From: Candidatus Bipolaricaulota bacterium
Lineage (GTDB): Bacteria > Bipolaricaulota > Bipolaricaulia > UBA7950 > UBA9294
NCBI GenBank assembly: GCA_028277345.1
Contig: JANQGM010000006.1
Coordinates: 110,535 to 174,534 of the forward strand
Length of the DNA stretch: 64,000 bases
Direction of reading: 5' to 3'
Every line of letters begins with the position of its first letter. Within the stretch, counting starts at the first letter, position 1. Both the position numbers and the translations under genes were made by a program. The notes below the pieces were generated by a model, which made no database searches, was not told the origin of the DNA, and saw only the letters and a program-made list of their open reading frames with translations. Below, in pieces: positions 25,862 to 36,255 of this stretch.

Positions 25862-26986
25862 ATGGGCAAGTACAAGATTGCGCTACTCCCCGGAGATGGG
25901 GTCGGGGGAGACGTACTCGACGCGGCACTGAAGGTTCTCGATGTCGTTGGCTTCGAGGCCGAGTACACCCAAGGAGACATCGGTTGGGAGTTCTGGCGAA
26001 CGGAAGGTAACCCGTTGCCGGACCGAACTATCGAACTACTGGGAGAGATGGATGCCAGTCTGTTCGGCGCCATCACATCCAAACCAAAGGAAGAAGCGGC
26101 GCGAGAGCTGGTTCCTGAACTCCAGAACAAGGGATTGGTCTACTCCAGCCCGATCGTCGGACTGCGCCAGCGATTCAGCCTGCACACCAACCTTCGCCCG
26201 TGCAAGGCCTACGAGGGCAATCCGCTGAACCTGCGAGATGACATCGACCTCGTCGTCTTCCGAGAGAACACGGAAGGACTCTATGTCGGCGTCGAGTTCC
26301 ATCCCGTGCCGGATGATGTTCGCGCGGCCTTGTCAGTCCATCCCAAGATGAAGCGATTCGCCGACGTGCCGGGAGAAGACATGGCCATCTCCACCCGCGT
26401 ATTCACGCGCAAGGGCTGCCAGTCCATCGTCGGCCAGGGATTCAAGTACGCGAAGGCGCACGGGTATCCGACCGTGACGATCTGTGAAAAGCCCAACGTG
26501 ATTCGGGAGACATCCGGCCTCATGTTGCGCGAGGCACGCAAGATCGCCGAAGGATACGCGGGCATCGAACTGTGGGAGACCAACATCGACGCCATGTGCA
26601 TGTGGCTCGTCAAGAACCCGCAGGATTACGGCGTCATCGTCTCGTCCAACATGTTCGGCGATATCCTGTCCGATCTGGCGGCTCAGATCGTTGGGGGACT
26701 CGGCTTTGCCTGCGCCGGCAACATCGGTGACAACTTCGCCGTCTTCGAGCCGACGCACGGTTCCGCGCCCAAGTACGTGGGACAGAACAAGGTAAATCCG
26801 ATCGCCATGATCCGCTCGGCGAAGATGATGCTGGACTATCTCGGCGAGACCGAGAAGGCCAACAAGATCGAAACCGCGGTTGCGGAAACGATCCACGAGG
26901 GCCGCGTGCAAACCTACGACATGGGTGGAACCTCCACCACGACCGAAATGGCCGAGGCAATCGCCAACGCCGCCAAGGAGGCGTAG
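25862..26986 (+). CDS. isocitrate / isopropylmalate dehydrogenase family oxidoreductase
   Basis: KIALLPGDGVGGDV, NLRP, FRENTEGLY, NMFGDILSDLAAQIVGGLG, FEPTHGSAP motifs. Substrate not assignable. Confidence 0.85.
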   Translation: MGKYKIALLPGDGVGGDVLDAALKVLDVVGFEAEYTQGDIGWEFWRTEGNPLPDRTIELLGEMDASLFGAITSKPKEEAARELVPELQNKGLVYSSPIVGLRQRFSLHTNLRPCKAYEGNPLNLRDDIDLVVFRENTEGLYVGVEFHPVPDDVRAALSVHPKMKRFADVPGEDMAISTRVFTRKGCQSIVGQGFKYAKAHGYPTVTICEKPNVIRETSGLMLREARKIAEGYAGIELWETNIDAMCMWLVKNPQDYGVIVSSNMFGDILSDLAAQIVGGLGFACAGNIGDNFAVFEPTHGSAPKYVGQNKVNPIAMIRSAKMMLDYLGETEKANKIETAVAETIHEGRVQTYDMGGTSTTTEMAEAIANAAKEA

Positions 26987-28363
26987 ATGGGCTCCATCAG
27001 CCGCACGATGGCACAGTTCGCGCTATCCCTTACCTACGACCAGATTCCCGAACCGGCGTTGAAAGAAGCCAAGCGCTTCATGCTTGACTCCGTCGGCTGT
27101 GCGCTGGCCGCCCTCGATCACGAGGATATGCAGCAGGCCTATGAATTCATTCAGATGCTTGGGGGTCACGAGCAAGGAACGATCATCGGCCATGGCACCC
27201 AGACCAATATGGGCAACGCGACCCTGATGAATGCGCTGCTTATCCGGGCGATGGACTACAACGACATCTACTGGAAGCAGGATCCTTCTCATCCCTCCGA
27301 CATCATTCCGGCCGCGCTGACACCGGCGGAATGCAAGGGGCTGAATGGGAAAGACCTGCTCGTCGGCATCCTCATCGCCTACGAACTGGAGATGCGGCTC
27401 TGTCTGACTGCATTCCCGGGCGTTCGCGAAGTCGGCTGGCATCATGCCAGCCTGACGCAGTTTGTCTCACCGTTGGTCGCCGCCCGCATGCTCGGCCTGA
27501 CCGAGGATCAAGCGGTCGCCGCGTGCGGCATCTCCGGCTCCAGCCACTTCACGCTCGGAGGCGTTGTGGCCGGACACCTGACGAACATGAAGAACACGGC
27601 CGATCCGATGGCCACCGAAGCCGGTGTCCGTGCCGCCATGCTCGCCTCGACCGGCTACTCCGGTCCCGTCGAGTTGTTCGAGGGCAAGGAAGGCGTGTTC
27701 GAGGTCGTCGGCAACGTCGAGTGGAAGACTGAAGAAATGGTCAAGGGCTTGGGCCGTGATTTCCTGATCACGGAATGCGGATACAAGGCCTTCCCCACCG
27801 AAGCCTTGACCCATCAGCCCATCACGGCTGTGATGGATGCAATGAGCGAGAACAACGTCGATCCGCACAAGGTCACCGAGGTGAGGATCGAAACCACCTC
27901 GCGTGGCGCCGACATCCTCTCGGATCCGTCGAAGTACGAGCCGCGAACCAAGGAAACGGCCGACCACTCGCTGCCTTATTGCATCGCCGTCGCCGTGACC
28001 AAGGGCAACGTGCTGCCGTCCGACTTCACGGACGAAGCGATCAAGGATCCGTTCGTCTGGGAAACGCTTCCCAAGATTGTGGTTGTCGCCAATCCGGAAA
28101 TCGACGCCATGTTCCCTGGGGTGAAACGCGCCATCGTGACGATCACGACCGAAGATGGGTCGTCGTACACGAAGCAGGCCGATCACGCCAAGGGCCGCGC
28201 TGAGAATCCGTTGACGGATGCCGAGCTCATCGATAAGTTCACGGCCAACGCCTCGCACGCGATGTCCGACGAGCGGATGAAGCAGGTCGTGGAGGCCACG
28301 TTTGCGCTTGAGTCCTCCGCGAACGTCGCCGACTACATGAAACTGCTCACCCGCGACAAGTAG
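26987..28363 (+). CDS. MmgE/PrpD family protein (2-methylcitrate dehydratase-like)
   Basis: 458 aa. LDSVGCALAA, AMDYNDIY..HPS, WHHAS segments typical of the family. The start abuts the upstream stop. Confidence 0.85.
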   Translation: MGSISRTMAQFALSLTYDQIPEPALKEAKRFMLDSVGCALAALDHEDMQQAYEFIQMLGGHEQGTIIGHGTQTNMGNATLMNALLIRAMDYNDIYWKQDPSHPSDIIPAALTPAECKGLNGKDLLVGILIAYELEMRLCLTAFPGVREVGWHHASLTQFVSPLVAARMLGLTEDQAVAACGISGSSHFTLGGVVAGHLTNMKNTADPMATEAGVRAAMLASTGYSGPVELFEGKEGVFEVVGNVEWKTEEMVKGLGRDFLITECGYKAFPTEALTHQPITAVMDAMSENNVDPHKVTEVRIETTSRGADILSDPSKYEPRTKETADHSLPYCIAVAVTKGNVLPSDFTDEAIKDPFVWETLPKIVVVANPEIDAMFPGVKRAIVTITTEDGSSYTKQADHAKGRAENPLTDAELIDKFTANASHAMSDERMKQVVEATFALESSANVADYMKLLTRDK

Positions 28364-28421
28364 CCGATCATAGGCGGCTGCAGCCCCGCGCTGCAGCCGT
28401 TTCTTCTTTAGGAGATGATGC

Positions 28422-29534
28422 ATGAAAGCCGATCTGAGCCGCGCTCTGTTGGACTGGTATGAGATCGAAGCGCGAGATCTCCCGTGGCGCAGAACGCAGG
28501 ATCCCTATGCCATTTGGATTTCGGAGATCATGCTTCAGCAGACCCAAGTTGACACCGTTCTGTCGTACTACCAGCGCTTCCTTGAGCGATTCCCGAACCT
28601 TGAAGCCTTGGCGAAGGCCTCCGTCGACGACGTGCTGAAGGCGTGGGAAGGACTCGGCTACTACCGCCGCGCCGTCAATTTCCATCGAGCGGCCACGATC
28701 GTGCAGAACGAGCACAGTGGCGCCATTCCATCGACAGCCGCGCAGCTGTGGCAGCTTCCCGGCATCGGCCCCTACACCGCCGCCGCCATTGCCTCCATCG
28801 CCTTCGGGGAAGACGTGCCCGTGCTGGACGGCAACGTCATCCGCGTCATTACGCGTCTCTTCTGCATTGAAGGAGATGTGGGCAAGTCCGCGACCAAGAC
28901 CGAGCTGTTACGAACGTTGGAAAGCCTCGTACCGCCGGGTGAAGCCAGTGCTTTCAACCAGGCGCTGATGGATCTGGGCGCGCGCATCTGTCGACCCAAG
29001 AATCCGGCATGCGTATCTTGTCCCGTGAGGGCATCCTGTTCGGCGCTTCAGTCGGATCGCGTTCTCGACTTCCCGCACCGCGGTCCTCGCAAAGCGGTCC
29101 CTCATCGAGATGTCGTGGCTGGCGCCATCTGGGATGGCGAACCGTTTGCCGAAAACTCCAAGCTCCTCATTGCCCAGCGCAAACTCCACGATATGTTGGG
29201 CGGGTTGTGGGAACTGCCTGGCGGGGGCGTGGAAGACGGCGAGAGCTTCGAGGAAGCGCTACACCGCGAGCTGGATGAAGAGCTCGCGATCCAGGTCGAG
29301 ATCCTGGAGCCGATGATGACGATTCAGCATACCTACTCGCACTTTCGGATGTCGCTTCACGTCTTCCACTGTCGGCACACACACGGTGAGCCCCAACCTA
29401 TCGACGTCGCCGATTGGACTTGGGCTCGCCCGAGCACCTTGGATCAGTACGCCTTCCCCGGCGCCGATCGCAAGATCCTGGAGGCTCTGAAGGGCCAAAC
29501 CACCGAGGACGCGGAGGATGCAAAGAGGACCTAA
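28422..29534 (+). CDS. mutY: A/G-specific adenine DNA glycosylase with C-terminal NUDIX-like domain
   Basis: YAIWISEIMLQQTQV, LPGIGPYTAAAI HhH, 4Fe-4S loop CRPKNPACVSCPVRASC, C-terminal GGLWELPGG. Confidence 0.9.
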   Translation: MKADLSRALLDWYEIEARDLPWRRTQDPYAIWISEIMLQQTQVDTVLSYYQRFLERFPNLEALAKASVDDVLKAWEGLGYYRRAVNFHRAATIVQNEHSGAIPSTAAQLWQLPGIGPYTAAAIASIAFGEDVPVLDGNVIRVITRLFCIEGDVGKSATKTELLRTLESLVPPGEASAFNQALMDLGARICRPKNPACVSCPVRASCSALQSDRVLDFPHRGPRKAVPHRDVVAGAIWDGEPFAENSKLLIAQRKLHDMLGGLWELPGGGVEDGESFEEALHRELDEELAIQVEILEPMMTIQHTYSHFRMSLHVFHCRHTHGEPQPIDVADWTWARPSTLDQYAFPGADRKILEALKGQTTEDAEDAKRT

Positions 29535-29578
29535 GCGACACGGCACGGCTCACCCCGGAACGCAGAAGGCGCCATCCC

Positions 29579-29618
29579 AAAAACACACAGAAATCCACAA
29601 CTTCGTAGATCTCTGTGT
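29579..29618 (-). terminator. rho-independent terminator downstream of 29646..30245
   Basis: Minus strand ACACAGAGATC-loop-GATTTCTGTGT (10 of 11 bp), followed by GTTTTTGG. Confidence 0.6.
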
Positions 29619-29645
29619 CGTATAGAGCAGCTTCCGTTCGAGCTT

Positions 29646-30245
29646 CTACAGCCCGATCTCGAAGCCGATGGCATAGCTTGGAATTTGGAAGTTCCTTGTT
29701 GCGACTTCGATGTACAACTGCGCGTTCTCTGAGATCGTGAGGACGAGACCAGCTGCAACATCATGAAGCAATCCGCCGCCTCCGATTGGATAGATGGGCT
29801 GATACGCGAAATAGAGCGGGATCACATTCAGGTCAAGGAAAATGCTCCCGAAAATCCCCCACCCCAACAGGTGCGCCCCATATCCTCCGCCGAACCCCGC
29901 AGCCAAAGAGAGCGACTCAGGATTGTCGACAATAGAGAACTTGAAATCGCCTGTCGCGCCAAGCCAAAGCGGCTCGCCTGTCGACAGGGCGATCATCGCA
30001 CCCGTATGAAGCCCGAAGTTGATCGTATCGGACAGACCAAACGCCAACCGTGCCTGAGGCGTGAGACTCCAGGCCGTAGCTTCGCCATCGATATTCAAAG
30101 GGATAACGCCGGACCCTATCAGCAGTGAAACATCGCCCGACTGCACCATCTGGGCCGTTTGGAAGATATTGAACAGACAACCGCTCAATGCGATGACAGG
30201 CACGAGAAGCCCGATCGCGATCGAAATACGCAATGCTCGTTTCAT
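29646..30245 (-). CDS. lipoprotein, beta-rich (possible small outer-membrane barrel)
   Basis: Signal peptide with lipobox VIALSGC. Alternating hydrophobic glycine-rich strands through to the C-terminus. Confidence 0.6.
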   Translation of the reverse strand: MKRALRISIAIGLLVPVIALSGCLFNIFQTAQMVQSGDVSLLIGSGVIPLNIDGEATAWSLTPQARLAFGLSDTINFGLHTGAMIALSTGEPLWLGATGDFKFSIVDNPESLSLAAGFGGGYGAHLLGWGIFGSIFLDLNVIPLYFAYQPIYPIGGGGLLHDVAAGLVLTISENAQLYIEVATRNFQIPSYAIGFEIGL

Positions 30246-30409
30246 TCTTACCCCCTCATATTTCTACTAGACTCTCCTACTCTGCCGTGGATCGAGAAAC
30301 AAGTCAACTCCCATCGACGGATCGACCCAACGGATTCGATGGTTTGCCGACTGAAATGACCCTTGCTATGATGTGGACACTGATCTGAACAACGATTTGG
30401 GGGAACTTC

Positions 30410-31174
30410 ATGGCCGGTCATTCAAAATGGGCAAACATCAAATACCGCAAGGAGCGTCAGGACAAGAAACGCTCCAGCATGTTCGGGAAGTTGATCAAGG
30501 AGATCACGCTGCAGGCACGCAACGGAGATCCCAATCCAGAGCACAATCCCGGCCTGGCTCAAGCGCTTGAACGCGCCAAGGCAGCGAATCTTCCCAAGGA
30601 CAACATCGAGCGCGCCATCAAACGCGCAACGGGTGAGTTGGAAGGCGTCAACTACGAGGAAGCCACCTACGAAGGCTATGCCAATGACGGCGTCGCCGTC
30701 CTCGTTCGCTCGGTAACTGATAACAAGAATCGGGCCGCCGCCGATATTCGCCACATCTTCAGCAAGAACGGGGGCTCGATGGCCTCGGTGGGCAGCGTCT
30801 CGTGGCTCTTCGATCGCAAGGGCATTGTCGTCGTCTCCGATCTCCCGGAGGACCTCGATCGGGACGAACTGGAGTTCGCGCTGATCGACGCTGGAGCTGA
30901 GGACATCGTCGATGAAGAGGGCTCGGTTGAGGCCACCTGCGAAGCATCCGATCTCGTCGAGCTCACCGATGCCGTCAAGGCTCAAGGCCTGACGCCGGTT
31001 CGAGCCGAGGTGACGATGATTCCCAAAAGCACGGTTCATGTTGAAGGAGCTTCCGCGGACAAGGTCCTGAAGATCGTCAACGCACTGGATGAACACGAGG
31101 ATGTGCAAGAGGTGTACGCGAATTTCGATATCGATGACGAGTACTTCGAAAAGCTCGAAGCGGAAAACGCATAA
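30410..31174 (+). CDS. yebC: YebC/PmpR family DNA-binding transcriptional regulator
   Basis: MAGHSKWANIKYRKERQDKKRS N-terminus is diagnostic. 254 aa. Confidence 0.9.
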   Translation: MAGHSKWANIKYRKERQDKKRSSMFGKLIKEITLQARNGDPNPEHNPGLAQALERAKAANLPKDNIERAIKRATGELEGVNYEEATYEGYANDGVAVLVRSVTDNKNRAAADIRHIFSKNGGSMASVGSVSWLFDRKGIVVVSDLPEDLDRDELEFALIDAGAEDIVDEEGSVEATCEASDLVELTDAVKAQGLTPVRAEVTMIPKSTVHVEGASADKVLKIVNALDEHEDVQEVYANFDIDDEYFEKLEAENA

Positions 31175-31198
31175 GGTGAGGAACTGAAGGAGGTTGGA

Positions 31199-31558
31199 AT
31201 GAAGAAACGAATCGTCGCCCTGAGTGTGAGCGTTCTGTTGATCGCCACCACGGTGGGCGCTATGGCGCAAACCAACGACGCATGGATTCCGGGACTCGGA
31301 TCGTTCGTCCTTCCCGGATTGGGACAGCTGATCAACGATCAAATGGACAAGGCCATCATCCACTTCGGAGCAAGCGTGGCCATTTGGACGCTCGGCTTCT
31401 ATGGCGGCATTTACCTTCCGCCGCTTGCCTACGCGACGCCGGCGTTGGCGCTCGCCTGGCACATCTACAGCGGTCTGGATGCCTACAACGTCGCCCAGGA
31501 TCAAGGATTCCGATTCGGCTTCGTGGAGAACGGCATCGGTTTCCAGATGACCTTCTAG
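31199..31558 (+). CDS. hypothetical exported/membrane protein
   Basis: Signal peptide ...TTVGAMAQ, then two hydrophobic helices (PGLGQLIND...). RBS GGAGG upstream. Confidence 0.5.
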   Translation: MKKRIVALSVSVLLIATTVGAMAQTNDAWIPGLGSFVLPGLGQLINDQMDKAIIHFGASVAIWTLGFYGGIYLPPLAYATPALALAWHIYSGLDAYNVAQDQGFRFGFVENGIGFQMTF

Positions 31559-32445
31559 ATCCACCACAGCACAGCCGCCGCGAGAATCGCGGCGCTGACC
31601 GAAAGCAATCTCATGACCCCTGGTCGCCAATCGACGGGGGTCTTTTCTATGGGAACCAGGGCGTTGGATCCGACCTCGACGGCGTTCGAGTCCTCATTCA
31701 GCACCAGCTCCAAACGCCCGATCGTTTGGGCGAAATAGCCGGACTGCACGACAATGCTTTCCCCAACCTTTCGTGGTGTTGGCGTCATCTCATGCGAGTG
31801 GCCGGAGATAAAAAGATCGATCTGCGGAACCTGCCGTACGACCCCCGCAGCATGATCGACGGAGATGTGCCCGGTGACGAAGACCCAATCGTAGGTTCCA
31901 GCCTGTTTCTCCAACGTTACACGGACCGCGTCGACGGGCTCCAGATAGCGAAAGGTCGGATAGGCGGGGATGGGAAGAAACTCAGGTGTTGTGAGCCCGA
32001 TGACGAGAATGCGAACCCCTTCAAGCTCCAGGAGAATCGAGGGCTGAATGCCGGAAGCCGACCCTCCTCTCGACCGCCAGTTGGCGGACAGCACGGGGAA
32101 TCGCGCGCGCGCAAGCAAGCTCCTCATTCTCGGCAGGCCCCAGTAGGTGTCGTGATTGCCGATCGCCATCGCTGCATACTCCACCGCGTTCATCCACTCC
32201 AGCGTGGCGTCATCGCCCCACACGTTGGTCAGCAGAAAGCGATGATCCTGCCAAGCGTCTCCCGCATCGAAAAGCAACACGTGGCGCCCATCGGCACGCG
32301 CTTCAGCGATCAGACGCTCCATCTCCGGGAATCGATCCAATCGGGCGTGCAGATCGTTTGTGTACAGGATCGTCAGATCCGTTCCTAAAACCACGGACGC
32401 CAACGCTGTCACGATGACGACAGCGAAAAGGGCGCGCCGCCTCAT
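31555..32445 (-). CDS. calcineurin-like metallophosphoesterase, membrane anchored
   Basis: ILYTNDLHARLD, DAGDAWQD, GNHD, GHSH motifs. Start at ATG 32445 (MRRRALF), ATGA overlap with the upstream gene. C-terminal TM helix. Confidence 0.8.
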   Translation of the reverse strand: MRRRALFAVVIVTALASVVLGTDLTILYTNDLHARLDRFPEMERLIAEARADGRHVLLFDAGDAWQDHRFLLTNVWGDDATLEWMNAVEYAAMAIGNHDTYWGLPRMRSLLARARFPVLSANWRSRGGSASGIQPSILLELEGVRILVIGLTTPEFLPIPAYPTFRYLEPVDAVRVTLEKQAGTYDWVFVTGHISVDHAAGVVRQVPQIDLFISGHSHEMTPTPRKVGESIVVQSGYFAQTIGRLELVLNEDSNAVEVGSNALVPIEKTPVDWRPGVMRLLSVSAAILAAAVLWWI

Positions 32446-33011
32446 GGCACACCTCCGATAGAGAACGACATCGCGTTGGGAGCCACGGTCAGGGAAAGTT
32501 CCCATGCCGCGGTCGCCCACGGAAACCAGCGCCACCCGATTTGGGGAGTGATGCTCCCTTCGCTCTCGCGAACCCCCACGACAAACGTCAGCTTCGGATG
32601 CACAACCACCTGCGCCCACGCCCATCGCTCAGGCTGAATCCAAGACCGTCCCAGATCGATCGATGCCGGACCAAAGAACAGGGTGAGATAGCCCGTGACC
32701 TCCGAAAGTGAGACTTCGGCCGATAGGAAGGCGGGAGCAAGTTGGAGAGGAAGATGGCATTGCACGCTGAGATCGAGATCACCCTGCGTTGATGCGCGTC
32801 CGTGGATTTCAGCAAATGTTGTGATCGCACGCGTCAGCGATAGCTCGGCGTAATCTCGCCCCGTGGCCGTCAACTGGAACGCGGTCGTACCGGAGTCATA
32901 CATGGGAAGAGCGGAAAGCCACGGCTTTCCGGGGCGTGCGTTCGTCCCGCAACTCAGCGCCACAATCATCAGCAAAAGCAGCCATCCTGTGCAGCATCTT
33001 CGGTACGCCAT
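32442..33011 (-). CDS. hypothetical lipoprotein
   Basis: Signal peptide with lipobox-like VALSCG. Translationally coupled to the phosphoesterase gene. Confidence 0.5.
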   Translation of the reverse strand: MAYRRCCTGWLLLLMIVALSCGTNARPGKPWLSALPMYDSGTTAFQLTATGRDYAELSLTRAITTFAEIHGRASTQGDLDLSVQCHLPLQLAPAFLSAEVSLSEVTGYLTLFFGPASIDLGRSWIQPERWAWAQVVVHPKLTFVVGVRESEGSITPQIGWRWFPWATAAWELSLTVAPNAMSFSIGGVP

Positions 33012-33090
33012 CCTGGCGCGAGCTTACCGCCAAAATGCGTCCGACCCAAGCATTGCATTCGAAAATCGAAGCCGCCACAATCGAGCCATC

Positions 33091-34491
33091 ATGCTGTTGA
33101 CGTCCGTTCGCGAGGCGATAATCGAGCACACGATGCTCCGTTCGGGTCAGCGGGTGCTCGTTGCCGTCTCTGGAGGCCTTGATTCCATCGTCCTTCTCGA
33201 TGCCCTGCATCAGCTCACTCCTGATCTGGACCTAACCCTTGCCGTCGGACATGTCAATCACGGCCTGCGAGGCACGGCATCCGATCGTGATGCCGACTTC
33301 GTCGAGTCCATCGCTGCGACGTACGGACTCCCCTTCGCCGGTCACGTCATTCCCGAGGAAGCCTGGGAACCTTATCGACAGTTGGGCTACGAAGCCTCGG
33401 CCCGGGCCATTCGATACGAAGCCCTAGAGCGCATGGCTTCTGAGTTGGACATGGAGCGAATCGCTCTCGCGCATACATTGAATGACCAAGCGGAAACCCT
33501 TCTCTATCGCCTCGCGCGAGGCACGGGCCCCACGGGACTCGTGGGGATCCCAGCCGTTCGAGGTCCCTACATTCGCCCCCTTCTCTCCGTCCCCCGGATC
33601 GATATCGAGGCCTACGCACGCGAGCGAACCCTTGCGTGGCGTGAAGACGAGAGCAACCGTGATCTCTCGATCGCCCGAAACCGGATCCGACATCGCGTCA
33701 TTCCCGAACTCGAAGCCATCAATCCCCGCGTGTTGAATTCACTTCAACGGGCAAGCCGTCTCATTCACGACCAACTTGAGGTCTGCGGCCCCTTGATTCG
33801 CGAGACCTTGGACGCTCTCACGCTCTCGGAAACGGCGACCGAACTGAGGTTGGATCGAGAACGATTGGCTCGGCTGCCGTCCGCCCACCAACGCCTGCTT
33901 CTTCGCGCGGCTATCGAAGCCGTACGCGGACACCTTCGAGGCGTCGATTGCGATCACATCGATGCGCTCGTACGCTGGGCACCTTCTGACCGCCTTCATG
34001 GCAGCCTTTCCTTCCCCGGACTCCATATTCGCATTCAGGGAGAACAACTCATTCTCTCAATGAACGCGACGAGCGCAGCGACGGAACCTCCAAACTGGAC
34101 CGTTCCGCTCTCGCTTGGGCTCAATGAGCTTCCCATTCTCGAAGCGACGCTTGAGCTTTCCATCGTTCCACGGGATGCCATTGATTTGGACGACCTGCGA
34201 ACGTGCCGCTGGACCGAGGGCGTTGATGCGGATCGTCTCGCATTCCCACTCTCAGCTCGTTCGCGACAATCCGGCGATCGATTCCAACCGATCGGTGCGA
34301 CCCATTCGGCGAAACTCAAGGAGTTTTTGATCAATCATCATGTGCCTCACGAGCGCCGAAACCACGTTCCCTTGGTCTGTGACCGCCATCGCATCCTATG
34401 GGTCGCCGGATATCGACTGTCCGATTGCGTTAAGATCACGGCATCGACGCAACGGGTGCTGTTGATGCGGATGAAGGGATTGGAGTCATGA
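33091..34491 (+). CDS. tilS: tRNA(Ile)-lysidine synthetase
   Basis: PP-loop VAVSGGLDS, HVNHGLRG, HTLNDQAET. Start moved to ATG 33091 (MLLTSVREA). Confidence 0.85.
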   Translation: MLLTSVREAIIEHTMLRSGQRVLVAVSGGLDSIVLLDALHQLTPDLDLTLAVGHVNHGLRGTASDRDADFVESIAATYGLPFAGHVIPEEAWEPYRQLGYEASARAIRYEALERMASELDMERIALAHTLNDQAETLLYRLARGTGPTGLVGIPAVRGPYIRPLLSVPRIDIEAYARERTLAWREDESNRDLSIARNRIRHRVIPELEAINPRVLNSLQRASRLIHDQLEVCGPLIRETLDALTLSETATELRLDRERLARLPSAHQRLLLRAAIEAVRGHLRGVDCDHIDALVRWAPSDRLHGSLSFPGLHIRIQGEQLILSMNATSAATEPPNWTVPLSLGLNELPILEATLELSIVPRDAIDLDDLRTCRWTEGVDADRLAFPLSARSRQSGDRFQPIGATHSAKLKEFLINHHVPHERRNHVPLVCDRHRILWVAGYRLSDCVKITASTQRVLLMRMKGLES

Positions 34492-35783
34492 CGTTTTTAG
34501 TCTTTGCGGGTTCGATTCTTGTGCTGGTGGGTATTCACGAAGCCGGTCATTTCTTCATGGCCCGCGCTTTTGGCGTGTTCATCAAGGAGTTCGCCATTGG
34601 GTTTGGCCCCAAGCTGTTCGCTGTGCGCGGCAAGGAGACGGTGTACTCGCTACGCCTGATTCCTTTCGGCGGCTACGTTCGAATGGCGGGGGAAGATCGG
34701 CTCGAAGACGACGAGGATATCCCCAGCCATCGCGTACTCTACAACAAGCCCCCGTGGGCGCGGATGCTGATCAGCTTGGCGGGGCCTTTCGCCAATTTGC
34801 TCCTCTCCTTCACGATCATCCTCATCGTTGTGTGGTCAATGGCCTTCCCAGTGCTTCAAGTCGCTGGCGTTGTACCTGACTCCCCTTCGATTGGCGTTCT
34901 CGAGTTCGGGGACCGGATCCTGACGATGAATGACCAGCGGATTCTCACGCGCGACCAGTTCACAGCCGTCGTGGATGGTTCGCGCGGCACTCCCATTGCC
35001 TTCACGATCGAGCGTGACGGCGAGCGCGTTGAACTCTCCTTGGCTCCGGACTATGTCGAAGACGAGAGCCGGTACGTCGTGGGCGCCTATATCTTCACGG
35101 CCGCCTGGACCAATGAGTTCGTTAACTCGGATTCCGCCTCGTTGCTGGACGCTCACGGCCTTCGAGCCCGCGATCGAATTACGGCGGTTAACGGTCAGGA
35201 AACCGCCACCTACATCGAAATTCAGCTGGCCACCGAAGCCGCACTTCCTGCAGACAGCCTCACGTTTTCCGTCGACCGATCCGGCGAACGCATCGACCTG
35301 ATCATCCCGACTACGGGACGCACGTTAGTCAGCCTTTTTGAAGGCACTGTCTTCGCGGATTTGGGCACCGAGGTTCGTCGGGCCGGACTCCGAGAAGGCC
35401 TTGCCATGGCCGCTGATCAGTTTGTCGGCTACATCCGCGCCTTGGCCGATGTCATCCACAGTGTGTTTGTCGGCCGGGTCGATGCCGGCGACGTCTTCCA
35501 AGGCCCTGTCGGGGTCGCTCAGATTCTCGGCGAGGGGATTCGAGTCAGCATCGCCTTCTTCTTCCAGTTGCTTGCATTTCTGAGTTTGAATTTCGGGCTG
35601 ATCAATCTTGTTCCCTTCCCGGCATTGGACGGCAGCCGCGCCGCCTTCGCGCTCTATGAATGGATCCGAGGGAAACCCATTCCGCCTCAACGCGAGGGCA
35701 TCATTCACGCCATTGGATTCGCGATCCTGATCGGGTTGATGATCTTGATTACCTATCGAGATATTGCCCGGCTGTTTCAATAA
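34488..35783 (+). CDS. rseP: RIP (site-2) zinc metalloprotease
   Basis: HEAGHFFMARAFGV, PDZ-like middle, C-terminal NLVPFPALDGS. ATGA overlap with tilS. Confidence 0.85.
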   Translation: MTFLVFAGSILVLVGIHEAGHFFMARAFGVFIKEFAIGFGPKLFAVRGKETVYSLRLIPFGGYVRMAGEDRLEDDEDIPSHRVLYNKPPWARMLISLAGPFANLLLSFTIILIVVWSMAFPVLQVAGVVPDSPSIGVLEFGDRILTMNDQRILTRDQFTAVVDGSRGTPIAFTIERDGERVELSLAPDYVEDESRYVVGAYIFTAAWTNEFVNSDSASLLDAHGLRARDRITAVNGQETATYIEIQLATEAALPADSLTFSVDRSGERIDLIIPTTGRTLVSLFEGTVFADLGTEVRRAGLREGLAMAADQFVGYIRALADVIHSVFVGRVDAGDVFQGPVGVAQILGEGIRVSIAFFFQLLAFLSLNFGLINLVPFPALDGSRAAFALYEWIRGKPIPPQREGIIHAIGFAILIGLMILITYRDIARLFQ

Positions 35784-36255
35784 GGCAAATCGCCATACAC
35801 GCGATGCCTTCGCCGTAGCCCCATGACTGCAGCCCTTCGTTCGTCGTCGCCTTTAGCCCGATGCGCTCCGTGGGGAGTCCCAGAATGGGGGCCAACGCGG
35901 CCTTCATTGCCGGAAAGTGCGGCGCGAGCTTTGGTGCCTGAGCAATCACCGTTAGATCAACGTTGACTGGAACGTACGCAGCCTTCCGCAGAAGCTCGAT
36001 CACACGGCGAAGGAGAATGCGGCTGTCGATGCTCGCATAGGCTGGATCCGAATCCGGGAACTGATGCCCAATATCATCCAGTCCCGCCGCTCCCAACAGC
36101 GCATCGCAGAGCGCGTGAATCAGCGCATCGGCATCCGAATGTCCCAGCAAGCCGTCGTGCTCGCGAATGCGTACGCCGCCCAGCACAAGGGCGCGTTCGG
36201 CTGCGAACGGATGGACATCGAATCCCATTCCGACCCGTTGCCGCGTCTCAGTCAT
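35749..36255 (-). CDS. ispF: 2-C-methyl-D-erythritol 2,4-cyclodiphosphate synthase
   Basis: RVGMGFDVHPF, GHSDADALIHALCDALLGA motifs. Start at ATG 36255 (MTETRQ). Confidence 0.9.
   Translation of the reverse strand: MTETRQRVGMGFDVHPFAAERALVLGGVRIREHDGLLGHSDADALIHALCDALLGAAGLDDIGHQFPDSDPAYASIDSRILLRRVIELLRKAAYVPVNVDLTVIAQAPKLAPHFPAMKAALAPILGLPTERIGLKATTNEGLQSWGYGEGIACMAICLIETAGQYLDR

Noticed and set aside
29495-29535. Similarity of the mutY 3' end (CCACCGAGGACGCGGAGGATGCAAAGAGG) to the REP-like motif at 63438 (CCACCGCAGAGGCCGCAAAGAG).
   Set aside because: The shared pieces are short purine-rich strings that require gaps. They lie inside a well-supported coding frame, so this is most likely chance.
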